Positions 1-8,276 of a stretch of 64,000 bases of DNA are shown piece after piece. Origin of the DNA: a virus. The stretch covers positions 1-64,000 of IMG/VR virus record IMGVR_UViG_3300031718_000005. One strand, written 5' to 3'. The notes beneath the pieces were generated by a model. It was given only the letters and a program-made list of their open reading frames with translations, was not told the DNA's origin and ran no database searches. The position numbers were made by a program, and so were the translations under genes. How positions within the stretch are numbered: the first letter of the stretch is position 1; the number at the start of each line of letters is the position of its first letter.

Positions 1-2
1 GG

Positions 3-230
3 GAGTTAAAGCCTGTGGAGATTCCGCCAGACGGATTCACTGCGCGGTACGAGAAAACCATGGCTAACCTGCCGGTTATCGTAACCCACCATGTGCCTAT
101 CGGCGAAGCGTGGCTCATGAGAGCGGACAAGTTACTGGCGGTAGCGCACGTACCAGAAAAGCCCATAGAAGCGGTAACGCTAGATGGAACCAGTTTGGGC
201 GTGGTCACGGGAGAGAAACGTGCCGATTAA
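3..230 (+). CDS. hypothetical protein, 5' end cut by window edge
   Basis: Frame is open from nt 3. The TAA stop at 228-230 is overlapped by the next gene's GTG. Confidence 0.4.
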   Translation, partial: ELKPVEIPPDGFTARYEKTMANLPVIVTHHVPIGEAWLMRADKLLAVAHVPEKPIEAVTLDGTSLGVVTGEKRAD

Positions 231-450
231 CTTTGATCGTTGCCGAACCTACGGAAGTGAAGGCGATACCCTTCGCATCGGTGCCGGAACGATTGGCGAA
301 GATGACGGACGCTTCTACGGTGATGTGCAATTCGGAAACTCATTCGCCATGATTAACGGGCGAACACCGGAAGAAGCTCGGGCTAAGAGCCTTCTGTACA
401 TCTGGCGAAACTGGCACGCCGACAGAGTTCAGTTTGGTGACGGAGCATGA
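220..450 (+). CDS. hypothetical protein
   Basis: GTG at 220 overlaps the upstream stop. The stop at 448-450 overlaps the next ATG (ATGA). Confidence 0.4.
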   Translation: MPINFDRCRTYGSEGDTLRIGAGTIGEDDGRFYGDVQFGNSFAMINGRTPEEARAKSLLYIWRNWHADRVQFGDGA

Positions 451-620
451 GCGACTTTGAGCAACGCGAAGGCGACGAGCACGCTTACGTTGAGACGCAC
501 GATTCACTGCCGACCTCGATAAACGTTTCAGCGTGGTTGAGGTACATCGGTAAACTAGGCCCGTCGAAGTGCCCCGGTGACGGCGGGCAGCTTGAGGCCG
601 GGGAATTGGAGAAGACGTGA
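447..620 (+). CDS. small acidic hypothetical protein (57 aa)
   Basis: Hand-translated MSDFEQREGDEH...GELEKT. ATGA coupling to the upstream gene. Below the ORF-track size cutoff. Confidence 0.35.
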   Translation: MSDFEQREGDEHAYVETHDSLPTSINVSAWLRYIGKLGPSKCPGDGGQLEAGELEKT

Positions 621-702
621 AGATTAGCGACATTGAGGAGCAATACGCTGCGCCAATATTAGGGTTTGTTGGACTTCTTGCGATTCTTTACTTTGTGTTT
701 TT

Positions 703-903
703 ATGGCCGAAATGACGCCCACCATCGCCCCAGTCGATACGCACACCTGGAAGGTCTACTTGTTCAGAGACCCAGAACAGCATACCGGAGCTTCGTTCGT
801 TGTGTGCGTCGATTGCGGCATCCCATACCACGGAGATCCGAAGGACGATCCCGATTGCGATGAGTACCCCGTCTGCGAGGGAGCCAAAGATGGAAACACG
901 TAG
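703..903 (+). CDS. small Cys-rich protein
   Basis: 66 aa containing CVDC...CDEYPVC, a four-Cys metal-binding pattern. Confidence 0.45.
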   Translation: MAEMTPTIAPVDTHTWKVYLFRDPEQHTGASFVVCVDCGIPYHGDPKDDPDCDEYPVCEGAKDGNT

Positions 904-1042
904 CTGGCAATTCAGCGCGTTGTTGTTCGCCATGCTATTTGGGGCGTTTATTGGAGATCTGCTGAGAACCTTGATCGGGAACTGATGAGTAGTTTCCCCA
1001 GTTTCGCGTTGTTTGTAATGCAGCGTATACTGAGTCCGTGCC

Positions 1043-1231
1043 ATGCCTCGCCAGACCACAACCCGCTGCGTCAGGACCGAGCAGGTATTCGGTCCGTGCA
1101 TGGTCTGTTGGCAACCGATTCTAGGGCACGCGCATGTGCTCGACGATCCGCTGTGGCTGAGGTGCGAGGCGCATTGCCCGGATCACAAGACGGAAGCGAA
1201 GCAGCCGGAGCACGAACTAGTGGTGGCGTGA
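1043..1231 (+). CDS. small Cys/His-rich protein
   Basis: 62 aa with CMVC ... CEAHC. Confidence 0.4.
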   Translation: MPRQTTTRCVRTEQVFGPCMVCWQPILGHAHVLDDPLWLRCEAHCPDHKTEAKQPEHELVVA

Positions 1232-1235
1232 GCGC

Positions 1236-1394
1236 GTGAAAAGAGCTCTCGTAATCGTTGGGTTGGTTCTATGCGTTGGACTGTTGTTTAATCCTTGGAT
1301 TATCCTCCGGCCTAATCAACGCTGCTATCGCGAAGGTGATAGCCTTCAATGGCGTCAGTACTGCTGGGGTGGTTCATGGAGCGCGATACCGTAG
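1236..1394 (+). CDS. small membrane protein (52 aa)
   Basis: GTG start. Hydrophobic N-terminus VKRALVIVGLVLCVGLLF. The stop abuts the ATG at 1395. Confidence 0.35.
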   Translation: MKRALVIVGLVLCVGLLFNPWIILRPNQRCYREGDSLQWRQYCWGGSWSAIP

Positions 1395-1781
1395 ATGGCC
1401 GCTGCTATAATCCCGATGGCGCTCACTCTCGCGCCACAGTTATTCAACTTGATTGCCGGGTTGGTTCACAAGCACGCGCCGGTGGCCGAAGCGCAGTTCG
1501 GAGCAGGAACAGGGCCGGTGAAGCTGGCCGACGTGTTCACCAAAGTCATCACCGACCTTCAGAACGCTGCTGTAGCAGGAACCATCGACAAGAACCTTCC
1601 ATCGGACGAACTGATCAAGACCATCATTCAGTCGGTGGTAAGCAGTCTGAACCTGCAAGGGCAACTAGGCGGAGCGACGGCATCGGTTCAACCGATAGCA
1701 GGCTTGACAGCAATGGTAGCCGCTTCTCCGCAGAAGATCCTCGTGGCCTCGGGGCAGACGATTACGATTGTGGGAAAATAG
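1395..1781 (+). CDS. hypothetical protein
   Basis: 128 aa with a hydrophobic N-terminus (MAAAIIPMALTLAPQLFNLIAGLV). The alternative-frame ORF 1349-1798 is R/S-rich and judged spurious. Confidence 0.5.
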   Translation: MAAAIIPMALTLAPQLFNLIAGLVHKHAPVAEAQFGAGTGPVKLADVFTKVITDLQNAAVAGTIDKNLPSDELIKTIIQSVVSSLNLQGQLGGATASVQPIAGLTAMVAASPQKILVASGQTITIVGK

Positions 1782-1784
1782 CGT

Positions 1785-2096
1785 GTGTTCCGATCTAGCT
1801 TTAAGAAAACGGTACTCGCCAGACTGGACGAAATCAAGAACCTGCTCGCAAATCAAATTCAGGAGAACAAACTAATGTCACAAGAACTTGATACACTGAC
1901 CGCCGAAGTCGCTAGAAACACCACGGTCGAGAAATCGGCGCTGGCTCTAATTCAAGGCTTCAACGCACGCCTGATTGCCGCCGGTACCGATCCGGCGAAA
2001 CTAAAGGCCTTGAGCGATTCACTCACGGCAAACGACAACGAACTGGCCGCCGCTGTTATAGCGAATACCCCGGCTGCTCCCACACCCACAGCATAA
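1785..2096 (+). CDS. hypothetical coiled-coil protein
   Basis: 103 aa with heptad-like helical sequence. Tightly packed with its neighbours. Confidence 0.5.
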   Translation: MFRSSFKKTVLARLDEIKNLLANQIQENKLMSQELDTLTAEVARNTTVEKSALALIQGFNARLIAAGTDPAKLKALSDSLTANDNELAAAVIANTPAAPTPTA

Positions 2097-2263
2097 TGGT
2101 CCGAACCTACGGCGTGAAACCGGACGAACTGCTGGCGTGGCAGAGAATCCTGCCAGCGGATAGGGATATGTTCCTTATCCTGCTTAACTACCGCTCTAAC
2201 TTCGGTGCCGCTTTGAAGGAGTTTCATATCCTGGAGAAGCAAGGTTGGTGCCGTGGCCGCTGA
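2096..2263 (+). CDS. small hypothetical protein (55 aa)
   Basis: The ATG overlaps the upstream TAA (TAATG). Hand-translated MVRTYGVKPDELLAWQ... Confidence 0.35.
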   Translation: MVRTYGVKPDELLAWQRILPADRDMFLILLNYRSNFGAALKEFHILEKQGWCRGR

Positions 2264-2612
2264 TTCGCGACGTTCATTCCTGTTGGCACTGATCAGCTCT
2301 CCCTCTGTTGTAGGCGCGGTTGCTGCGGTTGCCACGGAAGCGCCGCAGTTATATCGGTTCACGTTCGCGTTTCCTCACGATCTACCACAAAAGCACTTTG
2401 CCAACTTTATGCAGTTTGCATGCGACCAAATGGCAATGAAAATCTGTACCGCCACGGATGGGCGCAGAATATTTTACGAACGAAATAGCCACGGCAATCT
2501 AACCAGCCGGTATCTCTTCACGCTTGAAAAACACTGCACCGATTACGAAGCCAAGAAGACTTGGGATAAATTACAACGCGGCTTGACCTGGGAGATGCCC
2601 GATGCCGCTTAG
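2253..2612 (+). CDS. hypothetical protein with twin-arginine-like signal
   Basis: GTG start. N-terminal SRRSFLLAL followed by a hydrophobic stretch, matching the Tat consensus S/T-R-R-x-F-L. Confidence 0.45.
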   Translation: MAADSRRSFLLALISSPSVVGAVAAVATEAPQLYRFTFAFPHDLPQKHFANFMQFACDQMAMKICTATDGRRIFYERNSHGNLTSRYLFTLEKHCTDYEAKKTWDKLQRGLTWEMPDAA

Positions 2613-2877
2613 TGAAGCCCAGCGCGAAAGAGATTTATTTTGGGAGACTGTCGGGTTTGGGACCGATTTTGAGGGCGGCGGTCCATGCTTCGGCCAGGAT
2701 TGCGTTTGGGTCGGTGAAATCGGATCGCGCAAATGCACCGGCTGTGGGCGGATGCACGCCGAGGACTGGATTAAGCAGTATGGCCGCTCTCTGCAGTTTG
2801 CTGAGTTGCAGTACTTGCTCCGCAAGATGGAGCCGGAGTCTAACGCTGAAATCGTCAATCTGGAGGTTCCAAGATGA
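2602..2877 (+). CDS. small Cys4 protein
   Basis: 91 aa with CFGQDC ... CTGC. Confidence 0.45.
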   Translation: MPLSEAQRERDLFWETVGFGTDFEGGGPCFGQDCVWVGEIGSRKCTGCGRMHAEDWIKQYGRSLQFAELQYLLRKMEPESNAEIVNLEVPR

Positions 2878-3050
2878 TCATAATTTTCCCACTTTTGGTG
2901 CTGCTGATAGGATTGCTCCTGCACTTGCTGAACGGCGTGACTAAACAGGCTTTCCAATCGCTCGGTATCCCAACTTACTTCGCGGGACTTTTGTTCATTT
3001 GCTACATCTATGCCCCGCGCATCATCGATCTTTTGAAGGTCCAGCACTGA
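2874..3050 (+). CDS. small two-TM membrane protein (58 aa)
   Basis: ATGA overlaps at both ends. MIIIFPLLVLLIGLLLHLL ... YFAGLLFICYIY. Holin-like size and topology only. Confidence 0.4.
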   Translation: MIIIFPLLVLLIGLLLHLLNGVTKQAFQSLGIPTYFAGLLFICYIYAPRIIDLLKVQH

Positions 3051-3211
3051 TGCCAGCGCTAGGAATGCCTAAATGTCCTCGTTGCGGTAGTTCCCGCGAC
3101 GTTACTATACCTCCAGGACAGATTTACGCTAAAGAGTACTATCTCTGCCAGTCCTGCCAGCATCTGTGGAATAGCGTTGCGCCGACTCGAAAGGAAACCC
3201 AAGATGCCTGA
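3050..3211 (+). CDS. zinc-ribbon protein
   Basis: CPRCGS ... CQSCQH. ATGA coupling. Confidence 0.5.
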   Translation: MPALGMPKCPRCGSSRDVTIPPGQIYAKEYYLCQSCQHLWNSVAPTRKETQDA

Positions 3212-3386
3212 TGTAGAGAAAGCGCCGTACTCCGGAGTCAATCTGGTTTCTCCGGATCACCCCGACGCGCATCGCTGCCCGGTTTGCAAATCCGTTCTAA
3301 CCCTTCCCAACGGTAAAGATGGGCGGCTGTGCCAGCACTGCGGGAACAAGTTCATAGAAGATGGATCAGACGCACTCAAGCCCTAG
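3204..3386 (+). CDS. zinc-ribbon protein
   Basis: CPVCKS ... CQHCGN. An AGGAAA motif lies upstream of the ATG. Confidence 0.5.
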   Translation: MPDVEKAPYSGVNLVSPDHPDAHRCPVCKSVLTLPNGKDGRLCQHCGNKFIEDGSDALKP

Positions 3387-3576
3387 GGTCGGCGCAACGC
3401 AGGCTTACGTGAACAATTGGGACCACGCCTTCGCCCGACCACAACTTGAGCGGCACTCGCATAATTGGGACAGTAATGGTTACCCTCGCTACAACGAAAG
3501 AAGCTGCCCTATCTGTGCTCGCTGGCGGGCGCTAGTAGCGGAGTGGGACGCAAATAATGCCCTGGACCGCCGCTGA
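3361..3576 (+). CDS. hypothetical protein
   Basis: 71 aa containing CPIC. Overlaps neighbours in the same direction. Confidence 0.4.
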   Translation: MDQTHSSPRVGATQAYVNNWDHAFARPQLERHSHNWDSNGYPRYNERSCPICARWRALVAEWDANNALDRR

Positions 3577-3745
3577 CGCTCACTCAAAGACCAAGAAGGC
3601 AGACAGCCCAACCGCGCAGCGGCAGTGGTCGCACGTGGCTAACGAGATGCTCGAAAAAACCGGTGACGACGCAGTAGCAATACGAGCCGCCAACTCGGTG
3701 ATCTCCAAGCGCATCCCAGACTACAAGGCCAGCCGAAAGAAATGA
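3557..3745 (+). CDS. ChaB-like small protein
   Basis: MPW... AQRQWSHVANEML ... DAVAIRAANSVISKR resembles the ChaB pattern (MPY...A..AFN.A...A.kvAWaAVK). Motif-level match only. Confidence 0.4.
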   Translation: MPWTAADAHSKTKKADSPTAQRQWSHVANEMLEKTGDDAVAIRAANSVISKRIPDYKASRKK

Positions 3746-3933
3746 TCAAGGGCGGAGTCATCACGGTCGCAACCACGGTAACCAGCCGTTGCCTGAACTG
3801 CAAGATCGGGCCATTGGAAGGAGATTACAACCGCTGCCCTCGGTGTGCGAGCTTTTTAATGGTACGTGATTTTGTTCCGATTCAACCGCAGATCGAGTCT
3901 TCCACCGCTTCACAAACCAAGTTCCTGAACTGA
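3742..3933 (+). CDS. zinc-ribbon protein
   Basis: CLNC ... CPRC. Confidence 0.5.
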   Translation: MIKGGVITVATTVTSRCLNCKIGPLEGDYNRCPRCASFLMVRDFVPIQPQIESSTASQTKFLN

Positions 3934-4397
3934 TGGCCGAGTCGAAGATACCCAAGGAAGCGGTACTGTACATCTTCCGGCCCGAAGTCAACATCACCTG
4001 TGGAAAGTGCGTATTCGTCAAGAAATCGCAATGCGCGGTATTCGGTCCCTCGGAAAGCATTTCGCCAGAACGCGGATCATGCGGGTTTTACATTCATGGC
4101 GACCTTGGAGAAGCGAAGGAAATGCCGTGGATCGGCTTCATCACCAAGGTAGAAGCTGGTTACGCCGAAAACACCAACGGATTTCAGTGCAAGCGCTGCG
4201 AGTATTTTGATTCTCCCAAACTGGACTGCGAGAAGGTGGACAAGGATTCGGACGGGGACACGCCCGGAGTTATTCACCCCAATGGCTGTTGCAACCGCTG
4301 GGAAGCAGATGACACACGCGGACAGATGAGCGCCAATCAACTCATGGACAAGCTTCTGCCAAACCGCTCCAGTTATTTCGCGAGCCGCACCAAATGA
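3933..4397 (+). CDS. protein with two HiPIP-like Cys4 modules, at the position usually held by a small terminase
   Basis: CGKC-x7-C-x15-CGFY and CKRC-x9-C-x19-CCNRW. Lies immediately upstream of and overlapping the large terminase gene. Confidence 0.55.
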   Translation: MAESKIPKEAVLYIFRPEVNITCGKCVFVKKSQCAVFGPSESISPERGSCGFYIHGDLGEAKEMPWIGFITKVEAGYAENTNGFQCKRCEYFDSPKLDCEKVDKDSDGDTPGVIHPNGCCNRWEADDTRGQMSANQLMDKLLPNRSSYFASRTK

Positions 4398-6883
4398 CCA
4401 AGTACCCACGCGATCCAGCTTCCGGCATTCCCATTCCACCGGAGCCGCAGAAACGCCGCACGCCAAAGGAGCAGCAAAGCACCAGAGCCTTCACTGAACT
4501 CATTCGCCTGCACAAAATCTGGATGGATCAGCAGGCTATACTTGGAGCCGAAGAATCGCTTAAAAAGTTCCTCAAGTTGGCGTGGCCCGCGATTGAGCCT
4601 GGTTACGAGTATGTGGATGGATGGCATATCGACGCCATCTGCGATCACGTTCAGGCGGTGATGGACGGAGAGATACGGAAACTGCTTATCAACGTCCCGC
4701 CGCGTTCAACCAAATCCAGCATCGTCAGCGTTGCTCTGCCCGCATGGAGATGGATAAAAGTTCCCGAGTATCGTTGGCTGTGCTGTTCCTACGATCTAAA
4801 ATTAGCGAAGGACGATTCCCGCCGGTGTCGTGACCTCATCCGTTCAGACTGGTTCCAGAAAAACTGGGGGGACAAATTCCAGATCGACCGCAACCAGGAT
4901 GAGAAGCAATTCTTCGCCAATGACCATAAGGGCTGGCGTATCGCAGCCTCAACCGATACAGGTTCTACTGGACGCGGCGGCGACTGCATTATTTACGACG
5001 ACTTGAACGACGTCAATCAGATGAACTTCGATGCCTACATCGATAATGTAATCAATTTCCATGAACGGGTAACCCCAAGCCGGTTGAACGACCAAAAAAC
5101 AGGCACGCGCATATCTGTGCAGCAGAGGTCGCACGAACGAGACATCACCGGCCATATTCTCTCCAAGGAGTTCGGCTGGGTACACCTAAACATCCCGATG
5201 GAGTACGAGGGGAAACGACCGGCCACAGTACTTGGCTGGACCGATCCCCGCGAAACCGAGGGCGAGTTAATGTGTCCGGCAAGAACCGGCCCAACCGAAG
5301 TTGCCGATTTGAAAGTGTCCCTAGGGCCAATTGCTTACAATGGTCAGTACCAACAACGTCCTTCTCCTGGTGAAGGAGCGAAGTTCAAACGGGAATGGTG
5401 GAGATTCTACAACCCTCCCGGATTCAAGCAAACCGACGAAGCTGGGAACACGCTGCCGGTTCGCCTATCTCTTCCCGATGGAAAGATTTTAGAACGGATG
5501 CCGGTTGAATGCCCTCCGGCCTTTGAGCAAGTCTTGCAAGCCTGGGACATGGCGTTCAAAGAAGAGAAGGACTCCAACAACGTCTGCGGGCAAGCATGGG
5601 GGCGCGTAGGGTCGAATGTGTTTCTGTTGTCGCGGGACTGCTCCCGCAAGGACTTTCCCAAAACGATAGCAGCAGTGCGAAAGATGAGCCAGGAGTTTCC
5701 GTGTCCCGAAAAACTGGTGGAAGACAAGGCCAACGGACCGGCTGTCTTGCAAACCTTAAAGAACGAGATTCCGGGGCTAATCCCTTCACCGATAATTGGG
5801 GGCCTTGAATCGCTGGCAACCGCATCAACTGGTTATGTGGAGGCTGGAAATGTCTATTTGCCCAATCCCGCCGTGGCTCCTTGGGTCCTCGACTATATCG
5901 AACAGTTCGCGGTCTTCCCGCGAGGCAAGACTGATGATGATGTTGCGGCGCAGTCTCACGCTCTAAGGAGGCTGTTTGATTCGGTCGCCAATTCCTCCGT
6001 CCCAGAGTTTCGGGTTGTTCCTCGACTCAATGAGCCAAAATCAGCTTGCCACGTCGAAGAAAGTTCTGCCTTACTAGCAAGTCTCGCTCCGCACTGGCGC
6101 AGATGGGTATCGCTATCGCCTGGAGCCGCGCTGTGGTTGTGCGAGACACCCACTCGCTCTATTAGGGTTTATCGTGAACTGGATCTCGACAAGATTGACG
6201 CGCATGAAACCGGGCGGAGAATCGCCCAAGCCTCGATCCAGGACGTAACCGCTTTTACGCGGGCGATTCATGAAACCGCGAGATGGCACTGCGACATCTT
6301 CATGGAGAAGGAATGCTTCGCGGCCATCGAACCAATCGGGTGTTACGCGGAACTGGTAGCCGAAGGCATTCGCACTTATGAGCCGGATCAAGGCGACTTA
6401 TATCAACGTCAGGCCACAAAAGAAGCGTTGGGGCGGATTGCCTTTTCTCCCGAGCTAATCGAAGTAGAGGACGCGGCCTGGGACCGGTTGAGAGACTTAC
6501 TACGCTTCGCGCCCGCCGATTTCCAAACTCTCGATTACGACCGCACCGAGGCGATGAATCTCTACCGCAGAGATCCAGAAGCCTGGAGAAGCTACATGGC
6601 CTCCTGCTATGGACAGGTGCATGGCGAATGGCCCAAGATCAAGCTGTCTAGCGATTGCAAATGGACGCTTGCCGCCATGGGAGCCGCTAACCGCAATGAC
6701 AAAGCGGTAGTCAATCCGTTCATGCAGGCATTGCTGATCGGAATCACCATTCCCGATTCAGTCGCACAACCCAAACTGCGAGAAATACCGTGGGTGGGCA
6801 ACGGAGCGAAAGGCAGGCTGCCGAATCGCGGGGGAGCGCATCGCACTCGGCAAGGGATACGCCGATTCGGCATGGTGGGATGA
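4394..6883 (+). CDS. terL: terminase large subunit with a ~300-aa C-terminal extension
   Basis: Walker-A-like INVPPRSTKSS and Walker B DCIIYDDLND. Nuclease-domain signature GKTDDDVAAQSHALRRL. Total length 829 aa. Confidence 0.9.
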   Translation: MTKYPRDPASGIPIPPEPQKRRTPKEQQSTRAFTELIRLHKIWMDQQAILGAEESLKKFLKLAWPAIEPGYEYVDGWHIDAICDHVQAVMDGEIRKLLINVPPRSTKSSIVSVALPAWRWIKVPEYRWLCCSYDLKLAKDDSRRCRDLIRSDWFQKNWGDKFQIDRNQDEKQFFANDHKGWRIAASTDTGSTGRGGDCIIYDDLNDVNQMNFDAYIDNVINFHERVTPSRLNDQKTGTRISVQQRSHERDITGHILSKEFGWVHLNIPMEYEGKRPATVLGWTDPRETEGELMCPARTGPTEVADLKVSLGPIAYNGQYQQRPSPGEGAKFKREWWRFYNPPGFKQTDEAGNTLPVRLSLPDGKILERMPVECPPAFEQVLQAWDMAFKEEKDSNNVCGQAWGRVGSNVFLLSRDCSRKDFPKTIAAVRKMSQEFPCPEKLVEDKANGPAVLQTLKNEIPGLIPSPIIGGLESLATASTGYVEAGNVYLPNPAVAPWVLDYIEQFAVFPRGKTDDDVAAQSHALRRLFDSVANSSVPEFRVVPRLNEPKSACHVEESSALLASLAPHWRRWVSLSPGAALWLCETPTRSIRVYRELDLDKIDAHETGRRIAQASIQDVTAFTRAIHETARWHCDIFMEKECFAAIEPIGCYAELVAEGIRTYEPDQGDLYQRQATKEALGRIAFSPELIEVEDAAWDRLRDLLRFAPADFQTLDYDRTEAMNLYRRDPEAWRSYMASCYGQVHGEWPKIKLSSDCKWTLAAMGAANRNDKAVVNPFMQALLIGITIPDSVAQPKLREIPWVGNGAKGRLPNRGGAHRTRQGIRRFGMVG

Positions 6884-6928
6884 TGACAACCGAAGCCAAG
6901 GCAAGATTAAAGTAAGACGGTTCATTAA

Positions 6929-7249
6929 ATGATAAACTTGACCATACCAATTGACCAACTTCAGGTGGAAGTCTACACCACTAAGCGAGGCCGCAACATG
7001 GCCATCGTTATTGGCGACATGACACTGTATCTCGACGCCAAGCAATCACTGGAATTGCTCGATGGCATAACAGCCCATATCCAAGAACTTAGTTGGGATG
7101 AATATTCAGAAGACGAAGACAACGAAGTGGTAAGACGGCTTAAAGCGCTGGATAAGGAATCTCTCTTGTGCGCGGCTCTAACGACCCTACGGGGACAAGG
7201 CATTTGTGCTGCGGGGTCTGGAAAATATAATGAACAAGCAGAAACTTAA
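6929..7249 (+). CDS. hypothetical protein
   Basis: 106 aa, acidic in the middle. Lies between the terminase and portal genes. Confidence 0.5.
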   Translation: MINLTIPIDQLQVEVYTTKRGRNMAIVIGDMTLYLDAKQSLELLDGITAHIQELSWDEYSEDEDNEVVRRLKALDKESLLCAALTTLRGQGICAAGSGKYNEQAET

Positions 7250-7541
7250 TAGGCGCGGGCTGCTTTCAGTCATCGCGGCGGCAATAACCGCTCGGAGCGT
7301 CCCAAGTCAATCCGCTAACGAATTATCGCCGGAACAGGTTTGGACGGCACGACAACTACAGAAGGCCGACTTATACGGTTCTCTAGGGCTATCTGATCCA
7401 GGAAATATCCTAAAGATACAAGAATGCCTTGAGCTTTCAGCGTCCTCCACCGTCAATGCCATAGTTAATAGTATCGCGAGGCCCGATATTTTAAAGGAGC
7501 ACCATGGGAGCACTACTGATCGGAATTGGAAAACGCGGTAA
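7230..7541 (+). CDS. Tat-signal protein
   Basis: MNKQKLNRRGLLSVIAAAITARSVPSQSA: twin-arginine motif, hydrophobic region and an A-x-A-like site. Confidence 0.45.
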   Translation: MNKQKLNRRGLLSVIAAAITARSVPSQSANELSPEQVWTARQLQKADLYGSLGLSDPGNILKIQECLELSASSTVNAIVNSIARPDILKEHHGSTTDRNWKTR

Positions 7542-7869
7542 GCCGTCGATGCCGCCGCCGGAACGCGAGACGCCTAAGCCAACGGCTAAAGCAGCGCTGA
7601 AGCCCGGTGACGAACCGGATGACGACGATCAGGACGACGACAAGCTCTCACCCGAGAAGGCAATCGTGATTCGCGCTGGGGACCATTGCGTGTCATGCAA
7701 GAACTATCACCCCGATACCGGCGAGTGCGACGAAGTGGAGGGAACGTTTGAGCCAGATGACGCTTGTTGGGCCGCGTTTAAGCCGATGGGTGGTGGTGAC
7801 GAACAAGAGCAAGACGCTTCGCCTGCCGCTCCGCCGCAAGCAAATCCAGATTCAGGACCGCCGCGATAA
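7504..7869 (+). CDS. acidic protein with a HiPIP-like Cys4 module
   Basis: CVSC-x9-C-x13-CWAAF, with D/E-rich flanks. Confidence 0.5.
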   Translation: MGALLIGIGKRGKPSMPPPERETPKPTAKAALKPGDEPDDDDQDDDKLSPEKAIVIRAGDHCVSCKNYHPDTGECDEVEGTFEPDDACWAAFKPMGGGDEQEQDASPAAPPQANPDSGPPR

Positions 7870-8273
7870 TGTTCTACTCCGCGCTTCGTACTCAATTCTC
7901 CAGGGCCATGGCCGAACTGGAAGCCCTTCGCGCCCTCTATGAGCAAGAGCGCTCGGCCCGACAACGTTTGGAAGCGTTAGTACCTGAGCTACGAAAGCAA
8001 CTGGAAGCCGCCGAAGAACGAGCGGCACGTTTCGAGAAGAATTACGTTGATGCCACGCTCTCTCATTCCCGCACGTTGGAAGGCGTAATTCTATCCAACG
8101 CTGGGATTGAACCGACTTTACCTACGCGTGTAGCCAGTGGCGAACAACGCGAGGTCAAACCGCCGCCTTCGCCGACTACTCCGTTTCGCAGATTGCAACA
8201 CTCGCTCATTCGGGAAGCCGTTAAAGACCTGAAGAACTCCGCTATCAAAGAGATCACCAAAACAGTTCAGTAG
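7869..8273 (+). CDS. coiled-coil protein
   Basis: 134 aa with a helical E/R/L-rich N-terminal half. Confidence 0.5.
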   Translation: MFYSALRTQFSRAMAELEALRALYEQERSARQRLEALVPELRKQLEAAEERAARFEKNYVDATLSHSRTLEGVILSNAGIEPTLPTRVASGEQREVKPPPSPTTPFRRLQHSLIREAVKDLKNSAIKEITKTVQ

Positions 8274-8276
8274 ACC

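Noticed and set aside
4394-6883. An intein in the oversized terminase.
   Set aside because: The extra length is a C-terminal extension, not an insertion. No Cys/Ser-start block, TxxH motif or terminal HN-Cys/Ser/Thr motifs were seen.
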